The notes beneath the pieces were generated by a model that saw only the letters and a program-made list of their open reading frames with translations, was not told the origin of the DNA and ran no database searches. Made by a program: the position numbers and the translations under genes. From an uncultured Eubacteriales bacterium (GTDB lineage: Bacteria; Actinomycetota; Coriobacteriia; Anaerosomatales; PALSA-660), in NCBI GenBank assembly GCA_964533555.1, contig CAZHMA010000003.1, positions 2,777-35,696 of the forward strand: a stretch of DNA of 32,920 nt. Direction: 5' to 3'. How positions within the stretch are numbered: position 1 is the stretch's first letter; the number at the start of each line of letters is the position of its first letter. Shown in pieces: positions 17,619 to 25,239 of the stretch.

Positions 17619-18461
17619 ATGGAGACCGTCATCCTCGCCACCACCACCGCAGCGCTGTTCGGGTTCTCGGACTTCTTCGGGGGACTCGCCAGCCGGAAGG
17701 ACACCGCGCTCGCGGTGACCGCCCGCGCGTACCTGCTCGGGGTCGTCGTGATGGCCGCGGCCGTGCTCCTCTTCCCCGGCTCGCGCGTGACGCCTGTCGA
17801 CCTGCTCTGGGGCACCGCCGGCGGTCTGTGTGGCGGACTGGGCGTGATGTCGCTCTACGCCGCTCTCGCCTGCGGGCGCATGTCCATCGTGGCGCCCACA
17901 ACCGCGGCGCTCTCGGGGTCGCTCCCTGCGCTGTTCGACCTCGTGCGCGGTACGGCGATCCGCCCGTTGGCGCTGCTCGGTCTCGGGCTCGCGATCGTCG
18001 CGGTCGTCGTTGTCAGCACGACCGCCGGCGAGAAGGAGGAGCACGAACTGCCGAAGCGCGCGCTCGTGCTCTCGATCATGTCGGGCGTGCTGTTCGCCGG
18101 CGCGTTCCTGTCGTTCTCGTTCGCGGGCAAGGACAGCGGGTTCATGCCGCTCGTGGCCGCGCGCATCGTGTCCGGCGGCCTGCTCACGGTGCTCGCGTTC
18201 GTGCGCCTGAAGCGGGTGCGGCTCGCCCCGGGCGCCCTGGCGCCCACGCTGGGCGCGGGGGTCCTGGACGCGCTGGCCACGGTCACCATGATCACCGCCA
18301 TCAGGATCGGGCCCCTGGCGATCGCGTCGGTGCTGGGATCGCTCTACCCCGTCGTGACCATCCTGCTGGCGCGCTTCGTCCTCGGGGAGCGGCTGAAGGG
18401 CCTCCAGCGGGTCGGCATCGCTCTCGCCCTGGCGGCGGTCCTGCTCGCCGCCCTCGGCTGA
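17619..18461 (+). CDS. EamA/DMT family transporter
   Basis: 280 aa with 10 predicted TM helices in two EamA-like halves (FGFSDFFGGLASRK..., GSLYPVVTILLARFVLGERL). Confidence 0.8.
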   Translation: METVILATTTAALFGFSDFFGGLASRKDTALAVTARAYLLGVVVMAAAVLLFPGSRVTPVDLLWGTAGGLCGGLGVMSLYAALACGRMSIVAPTTAALSGSLPALFDLVRGTAIRPLALLGLGLAIVAVVVVSTTAGEKEEHELPKRALVLSIMSGVLFAGAFLSFSFAGKDSGFMPLVAARIVSGGLLTVLAFVRLKRVRLAPGALAPTLGAGVLDALATVTMITAIRIGPLAIASVLGSLYPVVTILLARFVLGERLKGLQRVGIALALAAVLLAALG

Positions 18462-18729
18462 CATCCCGTCGGCGATTCCACGCGAATCGGCTCGCGGGTT
18501 GCTGGGCACGGTGTCACGGGAGCGGTCCCGAGGGCGCGATACGGCGACCCGCCGACTCGGAGGAGGTGATCCAGCAGATGCATAGTACGGGCATCGCTGA
18601 GATGGCAGGGAACGACACCGAGAGGGTGGAGGTCCCTACCTCCTAGGACGGTGACGCTCGGCGAGACTCACGTCCCGGGCGTCGAACGCCACCAGCAAAG
18701 GACGAACGTCGCTGTCCTTCAGCGATGAG

Positions 18730-18757
18730 GAGAGGGTCGCCTTCGGGCGGCCCTCTC
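18730..18757 (+). other. Very stable hairpin with a C(UUCG)G tetraloop
   Basis: GAGAGGGTCGCC-TTCG-GGCGGCCCTCTC gives 12 bp including one G-U. It lies in the 480-nt non-coding spacer and has no U-tract. Confidence 0.5.
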
Positions 18758-18810
18758 TGCGTCTCAGGGGGGGCGCAGGGCGGGGTGCGAAAGAAATCCA
18801 AGAAGGGGTG

Positions 18811-18838
18811 TTGACTAGTGCGAAGTTCGTAGTAGTAT
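18811..18838 (+). promoter_or_regulatory. padR promoter P1 (TTGACT-N16-TAGTAT) with embedded dyad ACTA-N3-CGAA-G-TTCG-N3-TAGT
   Basis: Near-consensus -35 and -10 boxes. The imperfect 23-bp palindrome 18814-18836 fills the spacer, making it a candidate PadR autoregulatory operator. Confidence 0.5.
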
Positions 18839-18843
18839 GCGCT

Positions 18844-18871
18844 TTGGCTAGTAGCACCTTCACAATAGTAT
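18844..18871 (+). promoter_or_regulatory. padR promoter-like unit P2 (TTGGCT-N16-TAGTAT)
   Basis: Lies 33 bp downstream of P1 and matches 19/28 positions, including TTG-CTAGT, TTC and TAGTAT. Contains the palindrome GCTAGTAGC (18847-18855). Confidence 0.4.
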
Positions 18872-18940
18872 CAAGTCAAGACAACCAGTCCGACCCGGGA
18901 TCCGCCGGGCCGGCGTGACAAGTCAAGAAGGAGGTGGGCC

Positions 18941-19312
18941 GTGGACATCGCGGACGAGGCCACGCTTCGCAAGTTCCAGAAGGAGCTGAACTCGGGCACC
19001 GTCTCGCTCGTCCTGCTCGCCATTCTCGACAACTCTTCGGAGCCGCTGTACGGCTACCAGATCGCGAAGAGCATCGAGGGCGGCTGGCAGGAGGGCGCTC
19101 CGGTCAAGCAGGGGACGCTCTATCCGGTCCTGCGCTCCATGGAGGAGCAGGGCCTGTTGGGAAGCCGCGTGGAGCCCAGCGTCTCGGGGCCGCCGCGCAA
19201 GTACTACACGATCACCGAGCGCGGACGTGCCGTGCTCAAGGACTGGAGGGCCGCCTGGGAACGGACGAGCGCCTTCGTGAACGAGACATTGGAGGGGAGG
19301 AACGGTGCCTGA
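18941..19312 (+). CDS. PadR family transcriptional regulator
   Basis: Motifs: LYGYQIAKSIE, GTLYPVLRSMEEQGLL, KYYTITERGR. GTG 18941 follows AAGGAGGTGGG. Confidence 0.9.
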   Translation: MDIADEATLRKFQKELNSGTVSLVLLAILDNSSEPLYGYQIAKSIEGGWQEGAPVKQGTLYPVLRSMEEQGLLGSRVEPSVSGPPRKYYTITERGRAVLKDWRAAWERTSAFVNETLEGRNGA

Positions 19313-20252
19313 GACCATCGAGGGATACCTCGTAGAACTGCGGACGGCGCTTGCGGGCGCCGATCCCGCCCTCGTGCAGGACGCGGCGTACGACGCGGAG
19401 GAGTACCTGCGCAGCGCGGCCGCGGAGGGCGGCAACACTCCGGAGGCGATCGCCGGTGCGATCGATGCCTACGGATCGCCCGCCGAGATCGCGGCGGCCT
19501 ACCGTGAGACCGAGCGGACCGTGGTCGCCGCACTCAGGCGGCCCGCACCCGTGAAGTCGACGAACCCGGTCGCGCGCTTCTTCGGCGTCATCGGCGATCC
19601 CGGCGCGTGGGGAGCGCTGTTCTACATGCTGCTCGCCCTGCTCACGGGGATCCTGTACTTCACGGTCGTCGTGACCGGACTGTCGCTCTCGCTGGGGCTG
19701 ATGGTCCTCATCATCGGCCTGCCGGTGGCGCTGCTCTTCATCGGCGCCGTGCGGGCGATCTCGCTGGCCGAAGGGCGGCTGGTCGAGGGCCTGCTCGGCG
19801 TTCGGATGCCCCGCAGGCCGCGCACCGTCGGCGTCCAGGGCAGCCTCATCGAGCGCGTGAAGTCGTGGTTCACCGACTGGCGCACCTGGACGACGATGCT
19901 CTACATGCTGCTCATGCTGCCGCTCGGCGTCACGTACTTCTCGGTGATCGTCACGGGGCTCGCCACGTCGTTCGCGCTGATCGCGGCGCCGTTCGTCCAG
20001 GTGATCTTCGACGTGCCGATCGCGCGCACGTTCGACTACGTGTACTACCTGGAGCCCTGGGCCATGCCGCTGGTCATCGCGGGCGGAGTGCTCGGCTTCT
20101 TCATCACCCTGTGGCTGGCGAAGGGCATCGGACTGCTGCACGGGGCCTTCGCCAAGGCGCTGCTGGTCGGCCGCTTCGAGAGCGACTCGGCCGGTGCGCC
20201 GGTCGGACCGATCGGCGCGGGGCCCGCGGTGGGCGCGGGCACGCAGGGATAG
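19305..20252 (+). CDS. Membrane sensor protein: N-terminal HAAS/DUF1700-like helix domain plus duplicated 2-TM putative-sensor modules
   Basis: IEGYLVELRTALAGADPALVQDAAYDAEEYL resembles PadR-partner HAAS domains. There is an internal repeat: GALFYMLLALLTGILYFTVVVTGLSLSLG versus TTMLYMLLMLPLGVTYFSVIVTGLATSFA. 8-nt overlap with padR. Confidence 0.7.
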   Translation: MPETIEGYLVELRTALAGADPALVQDAAYDAEEYLRSAAAEGGNTPEAIAGAIDAYGSPAEIAAAYRETERTVVAALRRPAPVKSTNPVARFFGVIGDPGAWGALFYMLLALLTGILYFTVVVTGLSLSLGLMVLIIGLPVALLFIGAVRAISLAEGRLVEGLLGVRMPRRPRTVGVQGSLIERVKSWFTDWRTWTTMLYMLLMLPLGVTYFSVIVTGLATSFALIAAPFVQVIFDVPIARTFDYVYYLEPWAMPLVIAGGVLGFFITLWLAKGIGLLHGAFAKALLVGRFESDSAGAPVGPIGAGPAVGAGTQG

Positions 20253-20283
20253 ACACTCGGACCTCTTGAGGAGGGGACGACAA

Positions 20284-21027
20284 ATGCTTCGCAGGATGAT
20301 CACTATCGCGCTCGTGGCCCTGCTGGCCACGCTGGCGCTCGCAACGACCGGGTGCAGGGCGGTCAGAATCGCCGACAGCAGCCGGGTCAAGACCGTCACG
20401 AAGGATGTGCCGCTCGATTCAGCGGCCAAGATCGATGCGGACGTGGAGATGGCGGTGGGCGAGCTGACTCTCTCGAGCGAGCCGACCGGGACGTCTGCGT
20501 TCAGCGGCGACTTCACGTTCGGTGATCCGAGCTGGGAGCCGGAGGTCAAGTACGTGGTCTCGGGAGGCACCGGATCGCTGGACGTGCGCATGCCCGACTC
20601 GCTCAAGGTGCCGTCGTTCAAGGACGTCACGAACAAGTGGGACGTGAAGCTCGCGGGCGGCGTGCCGACGGACCTTCGGCTCACGCTGGGGGTCGGCAAG
20701 GGCGATGTGGACCTGAGCGGCGTCGATGTCCGCACGCTCAAGATGGTCTGCGGTGTCGGCGAGACGGTTCTCGATCTGAGCGGTCCGCGCACCGACGGCG
20801 TCTCGGCGAAGATCGACTCCGGCGTCGGCGACCTCACCATCAGGCTGCCCAAGGGCGTCGGCGTGAAGGTGGACGGACGCCAGGACGGCCTCGGCGACAT
20901 GACGGCCGACGGCTTCATCGCCCAGGGCGATGCGTGGGTCAACGAGGCGTATGCGGGCAGCGGCCCGAAGATCGAGATCGACCTCACCCGAGGGGTCGGC
21001 AACGTCACCCTCGTGCTCGTTGACTGA
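20284..21027 (+). CDS. Toastrack (DUF2154/DUF4097-like) putative lipoprotein
   Basis: Signal peptide with a lipobox-like LALATTGC. Repeated beta-strand units: GVGKGDVDLSG, CGVGETVLDLSG, SGVGDLTIRLP, RGVGNVTLVL. GAGGAGGGGA lies before ATG 20284. Confidence 0.7.
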   Translation: MLRRMITIALVALLATLALATTGCRAVRIADSSRVKTVTKDVPLDSAAKIDADVEMAVGELTLSSEPTGTSAFSGDFTFGDPSWEPEVKYVVSGGTGSLDVRMPDSLKVPSFKDVTNKWDVKLAGGVPTDLRLTLGVGKGDVDLSGVDVRTLKMVCGVGETVLDLSGPRTDGVSAKIDSGVGDLTIRLPKGVGVKVDGRQDGLGDMTADGFIAQGDAWVNEAYAGSGPKIEIDLTRGVGNVTLVLVD

Positions 21028-21090
21028 CAGCAGTGGATCGCGGCGGCCCGCGAAGGGGTCCGCCTCGAAGTGGAAGGCAGGTAGCTTCAG

Positions 21091-21408
21091 ATGCACGAGT
21101 TCATAGCAGCGATCGTTGGCGGGACGGTGATCACGCAGGTCCTCTTCTGGACGCTCGTGACGATGGTCGCGCCGGTATTCTGGGTGTGGATGATGATCGA
21201 CGCGGTGCTTCGCGAGGAGCGTGAGTACCCGGGCGGCAGCTCCAACGAGAAGCTCATCTGGGTGCTGGTGATGTTCTTCTTCAACGTCACGGCGCTGGCG
21301 TACTACCTCGTGGTGTACCGCAAGGTGCGGCGCGGCACCGTTCCCGCCGGTTCGGTGGGCGCGCCGGCGGGCTACACCGCCGCGGTGCCCGCGACGCCCG
21401 CGGCCTAG
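21091..21408 (+). CDS. PLDc_N-domain small membrane protein
   Basis: Two TM helices flank WVWMMIDAVLREEREYPGGSSNEKLIWVLVMFFFNVTALAYYLVVY, the typical PLD-nuclease-N-terminal-domain pattern. Confidence 0.65.
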   Translation: MHEFIAAIVGGTVITQVLFWTLVTMVAPVFWVWMMIDAVLREEREYPGGSSNEKLIWVLVMFFFNVTALAYYLVVYRKVRRGTVPAGSVGAPAGYTAAVPATPAA

Positions 21409-21435
21409 CGACCGTCGGATCACACCGCAGCACAC

Positions 21436-21466
21436 GGCCCCGCTCCCCGCACCGGGGGGCGGGGCC
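21436..21466 (+). terminator. Operon terminator hairpin (13-bp GC stem)
   Basis: GGCCCCGCTCCCC-GCACC-GGGGGGCGGGGCC (one G-U), 28 nt after the TAG at 21406-21408. Confidence 0.6.
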
Positions 21467-21550
21467 GCGCTATAGTGGCATGCGCCTTGCGCAAGCAGTG
21501 CACGGCAACACCCCGGCCTTTCACGTTCCCGCCCCAGAAGTGAGCTTCGC

Positions 21551-21997
21551 ATGCCCCGACCCATCAGCCTGGAAGTCGATCGACGCTGGCTCTTCGCCAT
21601 CGGTGGAGCGCTGTGGACGGCTGTCGGGATCCTGCTGCTGTCGTACGCGGTGGTCTGGCTGATCCCCGTGACCGTTCCGCTCGAGCTCGCGCTCGGCGGG
21701 CTCGGGGTCGTCCTGGCGTTCGTCGCCGCGCGCTTCATCTTCCGGGGCATCGCGCGCAAGAACATCAGGCGCATCGACGACGGGCCGGCGCGGGCGAGCG
21801 TCTTCGCGTTCCAGCCGTGGACGAGCTATGTCGTGATGTTCTCGATGATGGCCCTCGGCATCGTGCTGCGGCGCTCGGGCGTGCCGAAGCCCGGGCTGGC
21901 AGTGGTCTACGCGGGAATCGGTGGCGCGCTCGTGCTGGGTGGCGGCCTGTACCATAGGCGCCTTCGCCGGGGCGCGCCGACGCAGGGCGACAGCTGA
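21551..21997 (+). CDS. Hypothetical 4-TM membrane protein (148 aa)
   Basis: GC3-rich ORF with hydrophobic helices. No recognised motif and a weak SD. Confidence 0.55.
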   Translation: MPRPISLEVDRRWLFAIGGALWTAVGILLLSYAVVWLIPVTVPLELALGGLGVVLAFVAARFIFRGIARKNIRRIDDGPARASVFAFQPWTSYVVMFSMMALGIVLRRSGVPKPGLAVVYAGIGGALVLGGGLYHRRLRRGAPTQGDS

Positions 21998-22001
21998 CGC
22001 G

Positions 22002-22796
22002 TCAGCTGGTCGGCACGAACCTCGCGATGTCCGGAGCTGACATCGGCTCCCAATGGCCGCGCACTCCCGCATGCATGGCGCCAAGCTCCGCGTGCAGCAT
22101 GGCGATACCGAAGTCGAGCTGCGCCGTCCAATACGTCTTGTCGGAGCGCCCGACCACGATCGAGCCGTCCTCGAATCGCAGCCGCTGCGGCTGGCCGTTC
22201 CCGCCCGTCGGCGCCCAGCGCGCGGCTTCCGCGGCGTCGGTCGCCCACGCGGGCCACGCGTCCGTCCCGGCCCCGGGGGCCAGCACGGATAGCGGCTTGC
22301 GCGCGGACGCGCGCACGATCCTGCGCATGAGCCGCTCGTCGGCGGGCTCCTTTGCGGCCGCGTAGCCCAGCGGCGTGAGCGACAGGATCCTCTCACCCTC
22401 GGCCATTTCGGTGATGGCCGCGGCGCGCTTGCGGTCGTACGATCCCGCGACCCAGCAGGTCGCCAATCCCAGGCTCGTCGCCTCCAGCACGAACGCCTCG
22501 CCGACGTAGCCCACCGCCACCTCCTCCCCCTCGGGGGCGATGAAGACGGCAGCCGTCGGTGCGCCCTTGACCTTGCCGTAGTTGCCCGCGTAGCCGGTGA
22601 ACAGATCGTCGTCGTGCACCCCGACTAGCTGGATGCGCACCTGAGGGATCGGGCGGAACGTGTCGACGAACGCGCGCATGGCGGCGAGCGTGTCGGCAGC
22701 GACCGGACGGTCGTCGAACGTCCGTTTCGACGTGCGGGCCGGGATGGCGTCGAACCAGGCGGCGTCGAGTTCGGTGCCTGAGGGGGGCAGGAGCAT
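22002..22796 (-). CDS. Nitroreductase-family-like protein
   Basis: ARTSKRTFDDRPV at the N-terminus, GLATCWVAG, and RWAPTGGNGQP in the second half resemble nitroreductase-fold proteins. Start taken at MLLPPSG (22796). Confidence 0.55.
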   Translation of the reverse strand: MLLPPSGTELDAAWFDAIPARTSKRTFDDRPVAADTLAAMRAFVDTFRPIPQVRIQLVGVHDDDLFTGYAGNYGKVKGAPTAAVFIAPEGEEVAVGYVGEAFVLEATSLGLATCWVAGSYDRKRAAAITEMAEGERILSLTPLGYAAAKEPADERLMRRIVRASARKPLSVLAPGAGTDAWPAWATDAAEAARWAPTGGNGQPQRLRFEDGSIVVGRSDKTYWTAQLDFGIAMLHAELGAMHAGVRGHWEPMSAPDIARFVPTS

Positions 22797-22940
22797 GGTT
22801 TCGGTTCCCTTCGGGGCGCGGGTGCCGCGTTGCGGCCGGTCCGTCAGGGGACTATACCCGCCGCCCCGAAGGCAGGCCAGAACGGCCCGGTGCGTGAGCC
22901 TCCCGCAGTGGCACAATCACCTGTGAAGGAGGGACCACGT

Positions 22941-23900
22941 ATGTGCCCGAAGACCAGCATCCTCCGCGCACCGCACGGCTCGCGAGCTGTCGTGGTCGGC
23001 GGCGCCAACACCGACGTGGTCGGAACGCCGAACGCAGCGCTGGTGGCACGCGACTCGAATCCGGGTCACGTGCGGACGAGCGCCGGCGGGGTGGCCCGCA
23101 ACATCGCCGAGAACCTCTCCAGGCTCGGCGTACCGACCAGGCTCATCACCGCCTTCGGCCGTGACGAGGCCGGCGCCGAGCTGGCCGCGGCCTGCAGGGT
23201 CGCCGGCGTCGACGTGTCCGCATCGGTCGTGGACGACGTGCTGCCGAGCGCTCGCTATCTGGCCATCGTCGACGGGGCGCACGACCTGTATGTCGCAGTG
23301 AACGACATGCGCGTCATCGAGCTGCTGACTCCGGAGGCCCTCGACGACCAGGGCCGCGTCGACGCACTGACCGGCGCGGACGTCGTCGTCGCGGACACCA
23401 ACCTGTCCGCCGCGACGTTGACGTGGCTGGCCCGGCACGCGGCTGGGCGGCTCGTCGTCGATCCGGTGTCGTTCGCCAAGGCCGGACGGCTGGCGGGCCT
23501 GCTCCCGGCGCTGGCAGCGGTCACCCCGAGCGCGGCCGAAGCCGGCGTCCTGCTGGGTCGCGACGTGACGGGTCTGACGGACGCCCGCGTCGCCGCACAG
23601 GACCTCGTCGCCGCGGGAGTCACTTCGGCATTCGTCACGTGCGGTCCGGAGGGAGTCGCCTGGGCGGACGCCTCCGGGTCGGGCACGCTGCCGCCTCCCC
23701 ACATCGAGGTCGCGAACACCAACGGGGCGGGCGACGCGTTCGCCGCGGGAGTCGCGTATGCCGTGCTGTCGGGCGCCGGTGCGGAGGCCGCAGCGCAGCT
23801 GGGCTCGGCGATGTCGGCCATCGCCCTGGGTGACGAGGAGACGGTGAGCCCGCACATGGACGTCGAGACGGTCTTCGCATCGATCGAGGAGCAGGCATGA
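22941..23900 (+). CDS. psuK: Pseudouridine kinase (PfkB family)
   Basis: Motifs: VVGGANTDVVG, DSNPGHVRTSAGGVARNIAENLSRLG, TNGAGDAF. GAAGGAGGGA lies before ATG 22941. The stop overlaps psuG (ATGA). Confidence 0.8.
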   Translation: MCPKTSILRAPHGSRAVVVGGANTDVVGTPNAALVARDSNPGHVRTSAGGVARNIAENLSRLGVPTRLITAFGRDEAGAELAAACRVAGVDVSASVVDDVLPSARYLAIVDGAHDLYVAVNDMRVIELLTPEALDDQGRVDALTGADVVVADTNLSAATLTWLARHAAGRLVVDPVSFAKAGRLAGLLPALAAVTPSAAEAGVLLGRDVTGLTDARVAAQDLVAAGVTSAFVTCGPEGVAWADASGSGTLPPPHIEVANTNGAGDAFAAGVAYAVLSGAGAEAAAQLGSAMSAIALGDEETVSPHMDVETVFASIEEQA

Positions 23901-24832
23901 ACGGTCATCTGAGGCTGTCGGACGAGGTACGGGAAGCGCTGGGCTCCGGCTCGCCGGTCGTGGCGCTGGAGTCGACGATCATCAGCCACGGCTTCCCGTA
24001 CCCCGCCAACGTGGAGTGCGCGCTCGAGTCCGAGCGCGTGGCGCGGGAGGAGGGCGCCGTTCCCGCGACCGTGGCGATCCTGGGCGGCGTGCTGCGGGTA
24101 GGCTTGAGCCGCGAGGACATCGAGCATCTCGCCACGGTGAAGCCCATCGCGAAGGTCTCGCGACGCGATCTCGGGGTCGTGGTCGCGCGCGGCCTCGACG
24201 GAGCGACGACGGTCGCCGGCACCATGGCGGTAGCCGCGATGGCCGGTATCCGGGTGTTCGCCACCGGGGGCATCGGCGGCGTGCACCGTGGCGCCGAGCG
24301 CACCTTCGACGTCTCCGCCGACCTGCTCGAGCTGGCTCGGACCGAGGTCGCCGTGGTGTGCGCCGGTGCGAAGTCCGTCCTGGACCTCGCACTCACGCTC
24401 GAGGTGCTCGAGACGCATGGCGTGCCGGTGCTCGGATACCGCACGGACGAGTTCCCGGCGTTCTACTCGCGCTCGAGCGGCCACGGTGTCGACGTGCGCC
24501 TCGAGACGCCGGAGGAGATCGCCGTCGTGCTGCGGGCACGCCACGACCTCGGTCTGGGCGGCGGTACGGTGATCGCCAACCCGATCGCGCCCGAGCACGA
24601 GATCGCACGCGAGACCCTCGATGCGTGGACTGCCACGGCGCTCGAGGAGGCCGACTCGGCCGGCGTGCGCGGCAAGGGAGTCACACCGTTCCTGCTCGCG
24701 AGGCTGCATGCGCTGTCGGGCGGGGCCACGGAGACGGCCAACAAAGAGCTCGTGTGGTCCAACGTCCGGCTCGCCGCGAAGGTCGCTCGTGCGCTTGCGG
24801 CCCAGCAGCCGTCCGGGAGGAGCGAGCGCTGA
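23897..24832 (+). CDS. psuG: Pseudouridine-5'-phosphate glycosidase
   Basis: Motifs: VVALESTIISHGFPYP, GATTVAGTM, FATGGIGGVHRGAERTFDVSADL, VVCAGAKSVLD, TDEFPAFYSR. Confidence 0.9.
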   Translation: MNGHLRLSDEVREALGSGSPVVALESTIISHGFPYPANVECALESERVAREEGAVPATVAILGGVLRVGLSREDIEHLATVKPIAKVSRRDLGVVVARGLDGATTVAGTMAVAAMAGIRVFATGGIGGVHRGAERTFDVSADLLELARTEVAVVCAGAKSVLDLALTLEVLETHGVPVLGYRTDEFPAFYSRSSGHGVDVRLETPEEIAVVLRARHDLGLGGGTVIANPIAPEHEIARETLDAWTATALEEADSAGVRGKGVTPFLLARLHALSGGATETANKELVWSNVRLAAKVARALAAQQPSGRSER

Positions 24833-25239
24833 TGGACTTCTCCGTGCACCACATCGCGATCACGGCGAGCGATCTCGAGCGCTCGACAGCGTTCTACGCG
24901 GCCTTCGGCTTCCGCACGGACTTCGAGTGGGAGGCGCCGGACGGGTCGCGCAGGCTGCGGCAGATGCGCCTGGGCGACGGCATGATCGAGCTGTTCGCCT
25001 ACCCCGACTCCCCGCCCGCTGGTGACCCCGCGCCGTCGAACGCGATCGGGCTCAAGCATCTGGCACTCTCGACACCGGACATCCGCGGGGCGCTGCGATC
25101 GCTCAAGTCGCTGGGTCTGGCTTCGCCCGATGTCGAGGCCTTCGACACGCCCGCGGGGATGACGATCGCCTTCATCGCCGACCCGGACGGTGTCTCCATC
25201 GAACTCGTCGAGGAGCATGCTCCCCGCTCCGACCGCTAG
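24832..25239 (+). CDS. VOC (glyoxalase/bleomycin-resistance fold) family protein
   Basis: Motifs: HHIAITASDLERSTAFY, GLKHLAL, DPDGVSIELVE. The ATG shares one nucleotide with the psuG stop (TGATG). Confidence 0.8.
   Translation: MDFSVHHIAITASDLERSTAFYAAFGFRTDFEWEAPDGSRRLRQMRLGDGMIELFAYPDSPPAGDPAPSNAIGLKHLALSTPDIRGALRSLKSLGLASPDVEAFDTPAGMTIAFIADPDGVSIELVEEHAPRSDR

Noticed and set aside
18677-18694. A tRNA-like 3' end (GGGCG-TCGAA-CGCC followed by ACCA) in the long spacer.
   Set aside because: Counting back from the CCA, no 7-bp acceptor stem, 5-bp T-stem with 7-nt loop, or anticodon arm can be formed. It is just a short hairpin followed by ACCA.
18636-18863. A 75-aa minus-strand ORF in the padR upstream spacer.
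   Set aside because: It starts inside the AT-rich promoter units, has no SD, shows poor GC3 at its 5' end and gives a low-complexity product. The region is better explained as promoter or non-coding RNA structure.
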